DNA from: a virus
Lineage: Duplodnaviria > Caudoviricetes
Direction: 5' to 3' (one strand)
IMG/VR virus record: IMGVR_UViG_3300020042_000990
Coordinates: 1 to 31,750 of that record
Length of the DNA: 31,750 nucleotides
A program made the translations under genes and the position numbers. The notes beneath the pieces are model-generated. The model was given only the letters and a program-made list of their open reading frames with translations, did no database searches and had not been told where the DNA came from. Below, piece by piece: positions 18,127 to 26,701 of this stretch (within the stretch, counting starts at the first letter, position 1; every line of letters starts with the position of its first letter).

Positions 18127-18606
18127 TCAGCACCGCCCGCCGCACTGCTCAAAGATGCCAAAGACAAAGTACAAAATTATTCCCAGCATGGCGGTAAACA
18201 CCAGTCCTAGCAATGCCAACTCAATGACTTCATCAATTTCTTTTTTGCGTCTTGCAGCAAGTTCTTTTTCTCGCCTAGCATCATGAGCAGATTCGACATC
18301 CATCGCCGCTGCTCTGGTCTTAATCTTGTTCCAAACATCTATCTTGCCAGCCTGCATAAACAACAACTGCAACTCATCTTCAAACCGCTTAGCCTGATCG
18401 AGCGCCATCTCAATTTGGATGGCAGTCCCCATCGATGATTTGGACTTCTTGGCCTGTACCGCAGCCTTGGTCGCCGTGGACTTCGCATCAAAATACTTGC
18501 CCAGTACAGGCCCGAGAGAGCTCACGTCATCAACAGTCTTGCTGACCTTCTTGATTAGCGCAACCGCTGCCTGTATCCCCGCCAGTGCCGTTAGCGGGTC
18601 AATCAT
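18127..18606 (-). CDS. Membrane protein with a C-terminal TM helix in the lysis cassette (159 aa), function unknown
   Basis: GGAGG RBS at 18613-18617 supports the ATG at 18606 (MIDPLTALAG). Helical body and C-terminal TM LALLGLVFTAMLGIILYFVFGIF. Confidence 0.75.
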   Translation of the reverse strand: MIDPLTALAGIQAAVALIKKVSKTVDDVSSLGPVLGKYFDAKSTATKAAVQAKKSKSSMGTAIQIEMALDQAKRFEDELQLLFMQAGKIDVWNKIKTRAAAMDVESAHDARREKELAARRKKEIDEVIELALLGLVFTAMLGIILYFVFGIFEQCGGRC

Positions 18607-18763
18607 TTTCAACCTCCGCTACTTTCTTTGGCGCTGGTTTGTTTTTCTCCCGCCACTGTAGGCACCAAACCGATAATCTGTCAGACGACCAACTCCACCG
18701 CACGCACTCAAATACGGGCGCTGGCGCTTGTGCCACTGGCGGCGTAGGCGGTAAGGCGTCCAT
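18599..18763 (-). CDS. Small 54-aa protein missing from the ORF track (Pro-rich N-terminus, C-x-R-W-x-W...C-x-x-W core)
   Basis: Translated by hand: MDALPPTPPVAQAPAPVFECVRWSWSSDRLSVWCLQWREKNKPAPKKVAEVEND. It fills the only large gap and its stop overlaps the next start region. RBS is weak. Confidence 0.65.
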   Translation of the reverse strand: MDALPPTPPVAQAPAPVFECVRWSWSSDRLSVWCLQWREKNKPAPKKVAEVEND

Positions 18764-18797
18764 CAGGGGCTTTCAACTTGTTTGGCTCAGTTAAAAA

Positions 18798-20066
18798 TTA
18801 AGCGCCCACTTTGGCTTCCAGTGCTTCGATACGAACCAAAGCCTCTTGTAAGGCAGCGGTCAGCAATGGCACTAAATTAGAAGAATCAACAGCTTGGTAT
18901 TTTGGTTTGCCGTCTTCATACACGGCATCTTTTTCACCGCTGACAGCTTGGGGAACAACTGCTTGTAATTCATGCGCAATAAATCCGTCAACTGTTCCAG
19001 CCTCTGGATGGCTTATCCAAGTATAGGTTTTTGGAGCAAGCTGCTTGAGTTTGGCTGTTGCGTTGGATAGCGGCGTTACATTTTGTTTAAGGCGGTAATC
19101 AGAAGCAGAATAATAGTTAACGCCAGCACCACTAAGCTGTACATATCCGTTAGTGGTTACAGAAGGAAGTACCCCATCATAAAACACTATTAATGTCCCA
19201 CTGGCTTGATTAGTTGCAGCCGCAAAAGGCACTCCCGCACCATTATTTTGTCCAACAAAACCTGCACCCGAACTGGTGGGCGGTTTTGCGTATGCCGAAT
19301 AACCAGCAGTTGCTGTTATGCCAAAACCATTTATACCGGTAAAAGAATTTGTTGCACTGAGTGTAGGAATGCCCGCACCCGCCAAAGAGGACGAGCCTGT
19401 ACCGCCATTTCCAACGGGGAGTGTGCCACTCACATTGCTACTCAATGAACAGTATGCTGTGGACGTAGAGCCTGTACCGCCGTTGGCAATAGGGAGTGTG
19501 TTGGTTACTTGACTATTCAAGCTCACATTTGACAACGACCCGCCGAGTGTCAAATTACCAGAAGAGGTAACTGTGCCAGTTAATGTAATGCCGTTTACAG
19601 TGCCTGTTCCAGCAACGCTAGTTACTGTGCCTGAACCGGGGGAGGGCAAACTAAGCGTGCTAAAAACGGTTCCGTTGGTAAAAACCATCGTTTTGTTGCC
19701 TGCGGCTATTGTGAGTGCTGCGCCCGCTGGAGTTGTGTTGCCCAACACTGTGGAGTTGTAGATCGACGCTGTGTAGGCGGTGTTGTTGTAAATGATGTAC
19801 GTCTTCTCCTGCGGCGGAGCGTAGACGGCAAAAGCCGCGCCGGTTGTGGTGGTCAGTTCAATAACCGCATTTCGCGCTTCGTCAGCCGCGCCGTCCAGCG
19901 CAGTAAAGGCTTGGTTTGCCGAGGTAACGGACACCGTTGTGTACCCAGCAATAGCCGACTCGATTAGCGTGCCCAAGTTGCTGTTGGTCGTAGTGTTCCA
20001 CGTACCGGCTTGTTCGCCAGCGCCAATCAGTTCAATTCGCAGTGAGGGGGAGTAGGTACTTGGCAT
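18798..20066 (-). CDS. Tail fibre or spike with C-terminal intramolecular chaperone (peptidase S74) (422 aa)
   Basis: AAGGA RBS. N-terminal MPSTYS..LRIELIG.GEQAGTW..TTN.N, TLP(I/V)xNGGTG shaft repeats, SDYRLKQNV...GFIAHELQAVVPQAV...LVPLLTAALQE. Confidence 0.9.
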   Translation of the reverse strand: MPSTYSPSLRIELIGAGEQAGTWNTTTNSNLGTLIESAIAGYTTVSVTSANQAFTALDGAADEARNAVIELTTTTGAAFAVYAPPQEKTYIIYNNTAYTASIYNSTVLGNTTPAGAALTIAAGNKTMVFTNGTVFSTLSLPSPGSGTVTSVAGTGTVNGITLTGTVTSSGNLTLGGSLSNVSLNSQVTNTLPIANGGTGSTSTAYCSLSSNVSGTLPVGNGGTGSSSLAGAGIPTLSATNSFTGINGFGITATAGYSAYAKPPTSSGAGFVGQNNGAGVPFAAATNQASGTLIVFYDGVLPSVTTNGYVQLSGAGVNYYSASDYRLKQNVTPLSNATAKLKQLAPKTYTWISHPEAGTVDGFIAHELQAVVPQAVSGEKDAVYEDGKPKYQAVDSSNLVPLLTAALQEALVRIEALEAKVGA

Positions 20067-20087
20067 AGGTGTCCTTTAGTTCCGGGT

Positions 20088-20096
20088 ATTTTCGCA
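20088..20096 (-). promoter_or_regulatory. Putative extended -10 promoter (TGCGAAAAT) before the S74 fibre and lysis genes
   Basis: Nearly identical to the motif at 16599-16607 and located in an intergenic gap upstream of the RBS. Confidence 0.35.
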
Positions 20097-20103
20097 GGTT
20101 TCT

Positions 20104-20631
20104 TTAAGTGGGTGCAACCCAGTTAGGGTCATTAGGCCAAGTCATTGTCCACGGAAATCCTGCCTGCGCTGTGATGTCGCGTAGTGCTTGACGGTATGTA
20201 GCCCATGCAGCCTTGTCAGCAGTGCTGTCGGCAATCTGTGTCCAGTCGCTGTCTTTGAGCAGTTGTGTACGCGAGTTGCGTACTGACGTGGCTTGTTCTG
20301 CGTCCTTCATGGCCTTGTATGCAGCTTCATTCTCAGCCGCAGTCTTGGCAGGGGTTGTGTCTGTTGCAGCGGTGTCTGTGAACACAGGGCCGAGGATGTA
20401 CTTGGTGTACCACTTGCCAGCAATCTGCTCCACACCAGAGCGTTGGCTGTACTGATAGACCGTGCCGCCTGTGGCTTGTGGGCCTTCAAACACGATGTCG
20501 CCAGCAGGGTCGCTGACGTAGGTGTTAAGCCACTCTTGGGTCAGAGGGTTAGATGGCAGGTTCTGAGCAAAGCGAGTACGGAACTCGCCCTCATACATAA
20601 CTTCACCAGTTGAGCGTAAACGAATTTCCAT
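20104..20631 (-). CDS. Tail fibre assembly chaperone (175 aa)
   Basis: AGGAG RBS. C-terminal R..R..LL..SDWTQ..D...W..YRQALRDI..Q.GFP....WP signature. Follows the paired fibre-like genes. Confidence 0.8.
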   Translation of the reverse strand: MEIRLRSTGEVMYEGEFRTRFAQNLPSNPLTQEWLNTYVSDPAGDIVFEGPQATGGTVYQYSQRSGVEQIAGKWYTKYILGPVFTDTAATDTTPAKTAAENEAAYKAMKDAEQATSVRNSRTQLLKDSDWTQIADSTADKAAWATYRQALRDITAQAGFPWTMTWPNDPNWVAPT

Positions 20632-20643
20632 GATGTGCTCCTA

Positions 20644-22695
20644 TTAAGCGATTGCGAGAAAGATGTAGGTTGCAGAAGTTACGTTGACGTCTGTTGCTGA
20701 TAGCTGATTAACAATAAACCCTGTGTTGTCAGTATCCACGCTGTCGTCTGTAGTGACTTCAGCGGCTGTTGTGTTGAGGCTGAGGTGCGGATCATTACCT
20801 GCAACAATTCCCCGTGCGCTGTCCCAGACGTACCAATCACCGGGCAAGTCTACACGCTTAATCATTACGAATCTTGACCCTGCTGTGAAGCCGCAGTTGA
20901 TGGTCTGTGATGAGCCGTTGCCTGTGTAGCTGCCTACTTTGGAGACACCAGCGCAAGTTGCAAAGAGGTAAGTGACGTAATTAACTGAAACCGTGTTTGT
21001 AATGTTTGTGCCAACACTAAAAACAGATGTGGTTGGCGCGGTTGCATTCCAGTACGTTGAGTCTGTGCCTACATTTGTATCGCTACTCAGAAATAGATAA
21101 TTACTAAACCCACTTGGCAGATATGTGCAGGCAACTGTCCAGTTGCGAGCTACGCCGGTACGATTTTTTCTAATAATTAATTCGGGTGCTATACCCAAAC
21201 CATGTGTAACCGTACCTGCAATTCCCGTCCCTGTATCGCAAACCTCATCAAAGAAACCGGGGGCGCGGGTCATCGCATACTGAGCATAAGTAGCGCCAGA
21301 ATAATTTAAATAACCTTGAACAAAATCAGCGCCAGTTTGAAAACCAGTATTTAAGAAACCCTGCAAACAAAATGTCCCCGACGTAGTTGCCTCGACATTT
21401 GTATTAGCTGATTGCAGTATTTGAGAAACACCTCGCAATTTATCAAAGAATACTGTTCCATAAGCAGAAGGATTAGCTGTACGTGGGAACGACATCAATA
21501 GGTCAGGATTTGTTCCAGTAGTCACTACAGTTGGGTTTGTCCCTGAACCTGTACGAGCCAAAGGCGCAAACACACTCGTACCCACAGTAGGAGTCTTCAT
21601 CGGCCCACGGCGTATGGCTATGTAGATGTGTTCTGTGCTTGCGTCTAAGTTACCACCTACACAATCAAACCCTGTTGCAGTTGGATAAAACGCAGTTGCT
21701 GCACCGCCTCCTTCAGCGTCAGTTACGTTAGGGTTTAAATTGCGAATTTCAGTTTGTGACCAGCCACGCATGATGTCGTATATTGTCCAATACCGTGCTG
21801 CAAGGTTAGGTTTATATAGCCAAAACTGTGGCTCATACCCAAGGTTCACACTGGCATTACCACTACCATCAGTAGTAAATGACCCACACGAAATACCATT
21901 GGTTGAGCCACCACCAGAAACAGGGAAGCCTCCTGCGTTATGGGCGAATAGGTAGGCTACGTAGGTTTGACCAGCACCATTAACACCTCCACTACCCCCA
22001 ACTGTAAATTGTGTTGCCGTAGGTTCTGTATTATTCCAATAATTAATAGTAGTACCAGCAGCGGCTGTTGAATTTAAGTTTATATATTTTGTAGCACCTA
22101 ATGAACGATGGTAAACAATCCAGTCATATGGCCCAGCATCAATGCACTTAACAATAATTGTTCCGGGCAATGAACCAAGATTGTGAGCAATGTTTTGTAC
22201 AGCATTACCAGAAGCACCTGTATACGTCACAACATCAAAAAACTTTGGCTGTTCACGGAATGTCCATGAGACGTAATTACGACTTGACCCGTTAATTTGA
22301 TTATCGCCAAAAGCCCAAGTAAATCCGTTGGAATTAAAAGGATTAATGTAAGTTGACCCTGTATATGCTGCGTTTGTCAAATTTGACTGGAGTAGACTGC
22401 TGCCGCCTCGAACAGTGTCAAACAAGGCGTGGTTTGACGAAAAATCCCGTGTCTTAGCCCAAACCAACCCCCCTTTACCCGCCAAATCAATCCCATTGGT
22501 AATGGTTTGTGTAGATCCATTACCTGTATAAAGATAAGTCGAGAACACATCCTCAATGAACATGGGTGGGCTGGGCCAATTGCCTGCTTGTTGGGCTTGC
22601 TGTTGTTGGTCGAGCGTCCAGATACCCGAAGCTGCCGAAGATGTTGGCGCTACTGGAGACTTCGTGATAAACCCGCCGCTGTACTTTTGACTCAT
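20644..22695 (-). CDS. Putative receptor-binding or fibre protein, paralog A (683 aa, six beta-rich units of about 100 aa)
   Basis: SGIWTLDQQ N-terminal motif. Units start at FSTYLYTGNG, FFDVVTYTG, ISCGSFT, VFAPLARTG, FFDEVCDTG and VSKVGSYTGNG. Ends YIFLAIA. Confidence 0.75.
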   Translation of the reverse strand: MSQKYSGGFITKSPVAPTSSAASGIWTLDQQQQAQQAGNWPSPPMFIEDVFSTYLYTGNGSTQTITNGIDLAGKGGLVWAKTRDFSSNHALFDTVRGGSSLLQSNLTNAAYTGSTYINPFNSNGFTWAFGDNQINGSSRNYVSWTFREQPKFFDVVTYTGASGNAVQNIAHNLGSLPGTIIVKCIDAGPYDWIVYHRSLGATKYINLNSTAAAGTTINYWNNTEPTATQFTVGGSGGVNGAGQTYVAYLFAHNAGGFPVSGGGSTNGISCGSFTTDGSGNASVNLGYEPQFWLYKPNLAARYWTIYDIMRGWSQTEIRNLNPNVTDAEGGGAATAFYPTATGFDCVGGNLDASTEHIYIAIRRGPMKTPTVGTSVFAPLARTGSGTNPTVVTTGTNPDLLMSFPRTANPSAYGTVFFDKLRGVSQILQSANTNVEATTSGTFCLQGFLNTGFQTGADFVQGYLNYSGATYAQYAMTRAPGFFDEVCDTGTGIAGTVTHGLGIAPELIIRKNRTGVARNWTVACTYLPSGFSNYLFLSSDTNVGTDSTYWNATAPTTSVFSVGTNITNTVSVNYVTYLFATCAGVSKVGSYTGNGSSQTINCGFTAGSRFVMIKRVDLPGDWYVWDSARGIVAGNDPHLSLNTTAAEVTTDDSVDTDNTGFIVNQLSATDVNVTSATYIFLAIA

Positions 22696-22704
22696 GTTCT
22701 GTCC

Positions 22705-24750
22705 TTACGCAATAGCCAAGAAGATAAAGGTTCCAGCACTTGCATTGATGGCTGCTGGCGCTGTACTGCTGATCTCAAAGCCTGAGTTTGCGGTGTCAAT
22801 GTAGTCAGTACCTGTCACTTCAGCGGCTGTGCTGTTGAGCAGGAGATAGGGATCGTTACCGGCTACGATGCCACGGGCAGAGTCCCAGACATACCAATCG
22901 CCAGTGCTGTCTGTGCGTTTAATCATCACGAAGCGGCTACCTGCTGTAAATCCGCAGTTAATTGTCTGCGTTGTGCCTGTTCCTGTGTATGAGCCTACTT
23001 TAGATACACCAGCGCAGGTTGCGAATAGGTAGGCAACGTAGGTTGTACCTGATGTATCAGATGCGCTGTTGTTACCACGGACAGAAAACGTTGTACTTGT
23101 ATCAGCTACATCCCAATATGCAGCGTTAACTACTACAGCGGCATCGGTGTTTAAAACTGCGTTATTGGCTCTAGCACCAACCCCCGTAATAATTGAGCCG
23201 CCTACAACCCAAAAAACAGTTCCCGAACGAGACTTAATAATTTTTAATTCGGGAATTACGCCAAGATTGTGTGTTTGACTTGTTCCTACTCCCGTCCCCG
23301 TATAGCAAACCTCATCAAAGAAGCTCGGGGCGCGTCTGAAGTTCCAATAAGCAATACTGGAAGTTATCCCAAAAAGCGGGTTATAGAAATTATCAATTAG
23401 CGCGGTATTGTTGGCAAGCCCCATACCGTTAGAAGTCCACACATATTCTGAAGTATCTCTATCTGTTTGCAACGCTGAGCCGCGTGTAGTGCTTGTGCCA
23501 CGAAGCCTGTCAAAAACATTAGTGCCTGAGTTGTCTATTTTGCTTCTTTGGGCGCTAATTGAAAGGTCGACAGGAAAGTTTGTAGTGACTACTGCGTTAG
23601 CGGACGCATTTTGGGCAACAGGCGCAAACACACTCGTCCCCAACGTAGGCACTTTCATCGGGCCACGGCGTATGGCTATGTAAATTTGTTTTTGTCCAAC
23701 TCCATCATACGGGGCGGCTGTAAATCCTGTAGCTGTTGGATTTACAAAACCACTTAGCGGTATTTCGGCTGCTGTTGTATTTGGAGAAAGTTTTGGGCAG
23801 GGTGTTCCACTATTGGGCCATCCGCGCATGGTGTCAAACATAAACCAATCTGATGTACCCGGCCCAGCAAGTTTAACAATTAAAAACTGTGGCTCGTACC
23901 CAAGATTTATGTTTTGTGTAGTTCCATCTTCTGTCCATGTACCACACGAAATCACATTGTCCGTACCTAACAGGCCAAAGCCTCCTGCGTTATGGGCGAA
24001 TATATACGCCACATATGTGCCGCCTGATGCGTTAACTGAGGCGTCAGTGCCTACGCTGAAGACTGAGGATGTTGGTGTTGTTGAGTTCCACCACGTTGCA
24101 CCTGTGGCTGCTGCGGCTGTGCTGTTTAAAACAAGGTATTCCGTATTTGCAAGGCTACGATGATAAACAGCCCAAGCTGCCGTTGTGTCTAAGCGCTTGA
24201 CAATAATACTGCCGGGCACTGAGCCAAGACTGTGGGCAATTGTGCGGTTAGCTCCTGTGCCCGTCCAAGTCACAACATCAAAGAACTTTGGTTGCTTGGC
24301 AAATGTCCATGAGGCGTAGGTAGAACCTGAATTATTACCACCGCTATATGATTGAACAACAAATCCAGTTGTACTTACAGAATTTACAATATCATTTGCA
24401 ACAGATTGTGCAGATGTATCATTGCTAGTAAGGGTATTTTGAATTCCTCTAGTTGTATCTTGTAAATAATGGTTGTATGTTGCACTTCTACTTTTTAACC
24501 AAACAAGTCCACCCTTGGTAGATAAATCAATTCCATTGGTAATAGTCTGTAATGCCCCTGTGCCCGTATAGAGAAAGGTGCTAAATACATCCTCAATGAA
24601 TTTAAGCGTAGGTTGCAAAGGCCACAAACTTGCCGCCGTCAACTGCATCTGTTGCTCTAATGTCCATACGCCAGACGCAGTGCCTGACTCACCGCCCGTG
24701 GTTGTAGGCGGCGTTGCGGAAATGACCGCGCCCTTGTAGCGATTGGACAT
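22705..24750 (-). CDS. Putative receptor-binding or fibre protein, paralog B (681 aa)
   Basis: Colinear with 20644-22695 over its full length (SGVWTLEQQ, FIEDVFST, IYIAIRRGPMK, YLFATCAGVSKVGSYTG, IFLAIA). Confidence 0.75.
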   Translation of the reverse strand: MSNRYKGAVISATPPTTTGGESGTASGVWTLEQQMQLTAASLWPLQPTLKFIEDVFSTFLYTGTGALQTITNGIDLSTKGGLVWLKSRSATYNHYLQDTTRGIQNTLTSNDTSAQSVANDIVNSVSTTGFVVQSYSGGNNSGSTYASWTFAKQPKFFDVVTWTGTGANRTIAHSLGSVPGSIIVKRLDTTAAWAVYHRSLANTEYLVLNSTAAAATGATWWNSTTPTSSVFSVGTDASVNASGGTYVAYIFAHNAGGFGLLGTDNVISCGTWTEDGTTQNINLGYEPQFLIVKLAGPGTSDWFMFDTMRGWPNSGTPCPKLSPNTTAAEIPLSGFVNPTATGFTAAPYDGVGQKQIYIAIRRGPMKVPTLGTSVFAPVAQNASANAVVTTNFPVDLSISAQRSKIDNSGTNVFDRLRGTSTTRGSALQTDRDTSEYVWTSNGMGLANNTALIDNFYNPLFGITSSIAYWNFRRAPSFFDEVCYTGTGVGTSQTHNLGVIPELKIIKSRSGTVFWVVGGSIITGVGARANNAVLNTDAAVVVNAAYWDVADTSTTFSVRGNNSASDTSGTTYVAYLFATCAGVSKVGSYTGTGTTQTINCGFTAGSRFVMIKRTDSTGDWYVWDSARGIVAGNDPYLLLNSTAAEVTGTDYIDTANSGFEISSTAPAAINASAGTFIFLAIA

Positions 24751-24764
24751 CTGTAACCCCTATC

Positions 24765-25160
24765 TCAACTTATCACTTCGTAGGAGATACTGTATGTGAT
24801 GCCACTGGCTGTACCGGATGTGACAGTAATTGATGTGCCTTCCATCAGATATATCGCCGTGGTTTTGTCAGTCACGATCAACGAAGCATCAGCAGGGACA
24901 GACACTGTGGACACGATTGGGTACGCCGTACCGCCCGAAGGAGCAGAGCCTTGAGCTACAGCGCCGTTACTGTAGATAGACACGGTGGTGTCCACTGCCG
25001 CAGAACCGTTTACGTTGGCAGCAACAATCTGGTTAATCTTGAACACCTGACCGCTTGAGGCGGCATTAGGAACAAGAACAACTGCGGCTGTACCCGAGGG
25101 GGTGTAATAAGTTGTTGTGCCTGACGCTGTGGTCGCGGCGAAAAGATTTGGATTTGCCAT
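24765..25160 (-). CDS. Small beta-rich virion protein of the fibre module (131 aa)
   Basis: TAAGGA RBS. MANPNL start, KINQIVAANVNG, VPADASL and SYEVIS motifs, Thr/Ser/Ala-rich, flanked by fibre genes. Confidence 0.7.
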   Translation of the reverse strand: MANPNLFAATTASGTTTYYTPSGTAAVVLVPNAASSGQVFKINQIVAANVNGSAAVDTTVSIYSNGAVAQGSAPSGGTAYPIVSTVSVPADASLIVTDKTTAIYLMEGTSITVTSGTASGITYSISYEVIS

Positions 25161-25175
25161 GATAGTTCCTTAAAA
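25152..25175. repeat. 24-bp exact direct repeat, copy 1 (stop-RBS-start junction)
   Basis: ATTTGCCATGATAGTTCCTTAAAA, identical to 27185-27208. Confidence 0.9.
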
Positions 25176-26192
25176 GCCAAAGACCATTGCGATTGCCGTT
25201 GCCTTCGCTTGAGATACACCAGAAGCCGCAGGTGCGGTTGATTGCCAAGTTGTGCCGTTGCTTGTCAGCACATTACCGTTTGTGCTTGGCGCTACAAACA
25301 AAGGAGCAGATGTACCGTTACCTAAGATGACGTTGTTAGCTGTTAGGGTAGCCAAGCTTGTGCCGCCGTTAGCTACTGGAAGAGTCCCAGTCACGCCCGT
25401 GGTTAGCGGCAATCCAGTTAAGTTAGTTGCTGTCCCGCTACTTGGTGTTCCTAATACACCGCCATTGACAACAGGTGCGCCAGCAGTTCCCACGGCTACG
25501 GCTAAAGCAGTTGCTACGTTAGCGCCTAATCCACTGACGCCAGTGGAGATTGGAAGACCTGTAATATTGGTTGCTGTGCCACTAGAGGGTGTTCCAAGTG
25601 GCCCACCATCTTTAATTAGCATTGTCCACACACCGCCATGAGCAAAGTACATTGCGGCTGTAGAGTGAGCGTGTGCTATTGCTCCATGATATGTACTAGC
25701 AGACGGAAATGATGCTGGGTCATTCCAATAAAAAGGAATAACTGACCCTGCTGATGGCGCTGTAATTGCACCATCGTCAGCTATCGTCACCAAAGACGTT
25801 TGGATTATGTTTCCGGCTGTCGTGTCAAACCGTGTAATAGCATTATCTGAAGGAACAATACTTCCAGTCGTATTGCCGTATATGGCCCGTCCAGCAGGGT
25901 AGGTTACAAAGACATCTTTAGTGCCAGCAGAAAAACTTAACGCCGAAGGCTGTGTTCCTGAGCTATTTGCTAAAACAGTTGTCCGAGCTAAGGTCGTTCC
26001 CGAAGAGGTGTATGTACCAATGCCCACCTCCCACTCGTTGCCTATCTGGGCTGCAATGGTGTAGTAGGTTGTGTTGGCATTACCAACTACCGCAAAGGAT
26101 TGAAACCCAGTAGTTGCGCCGCCAAGCGTAATAGTCCCCGTACCAGTTGTGGTGGTGGTCTCCTTTACGCGGTCTGCAATAACTATAGCCAT
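25170..26192 (-). CDS. Tail fibre protein (340 aa)
   Basis: TAAGGA RBS. DRVKETTTTTGTG...WEVGIGT...GTKDVFVTYPA N-terminal domain, duplicated GGxLGTPSSGTATNxTGLP, GTLPVANGGT, C-terminal KATAIAMVFG. Confidence 0.8.
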   Translation of the reverse strand: MAIVIADRVKETTTTTGTGTITLGGATTGFQSFAVVGNANTTYYTIAAQIGNEWEVGIGTYTSSGTTLARTTVLANSSGTQPSALSFSAGTKDVFVTYPAGRAIYGNTTGSIVPSDNAITRFDTTAGNIIQTSLVTIADDGAITAPSAGSVIPFYWNDPASFPSASTYHGAIAHAHSTAAMYFAHGGVWTMLIKDGGPLGTPSSGTATNITGLPISTGVSGLGANVATALAVAVGTAGAPVVNGGVLGTPSSGTATNLTGLPLTTGVTGTLPVANGGTSLATLTANNVILGNGTSAPLFVAPSTNGNVLTSNGTTWQSTAPAASGVSQAKATAIAMVFGF

Positions 26193-26233
26193 ATGTATCC
26201 TTATTCTGTCTCAACTAAAGACCTGTTAAAAGT

Positions 26234-26680
26234 TTAAGAAGTATTGACCAAAATCCAGTAAACGGGAAAAACAGTTCCGACGCTCCCGTTTGCTTGAACT
26301 CCAGACAAAGCAATTGATTTTAAAGCTACAACGGTTCCAACATTTCCGGATGCCGAAACTCCTGTTAACGCAAAATCTTTCCCGAAAGATGCCGTGCCAA
26401 CCGCCCCAGATGCAACCACACCTGATAGCGCAACCGTGGTAGAAGGAACAACTATTCCAACTAAGCCTGCCGCCGCATCGGTAGAAAGTGCTTGGCCTTC
26501 TGCGTAAGTTACTACTCCAACAAGACCTGAAGCTGCAACTCCTGTCAACACAAATGACGCATTCCCAAAAGAAACAGTCCCAACCGCTCCGTCCGCAGAG
26601 ACTCCCGTCAGAGGAGTCGATACTAACGTCTGATTGAGCGCAGAAAATGGAGCTTCTGCAAATGCGGATATGCCAAACAT
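26234..26680 (-). CDS. Repeat-rich putative virion fibre or whisker protein (148 aa), probably C-terminally truncated
   Basis: MFGISAFAEAPFS start, six repeats of about 20 aa of type L(T/S)GVxAxGxVGTV. The frame continues 10 codons past the stop to a second TAA at 26201-26203. Confidence 0.75.
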   Translation of the reverse strand: MFGISAFAEAPFSALNQTLVSTPLTGVSADGAVGTVSFGNASFVLTGVAASGLVGVVTYAEGQALSTDAAAGLVGIVVPSTTVALSGVVASGAVGTASFGKDFALTGVSASGNVGTVVALKSIALSGVQANGSVGTVFPVYWILVNTS

Positions 26681-26701
26681 TACGGCCTACACCGCTTCGG
26701 G

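Noticed and set aside
18127-18606. Unimolecular spanin
   Set aside because: It has a C-terminal TM helix but no N-terminal lipobox cysteine.
20644-24750. Diversity-generating retroelement or invertible shufflon
   Set aside because: No reverse transcriptase or recombinase in the window. Differences are not adenine-specific, and both copies are full genes in direct orientation.
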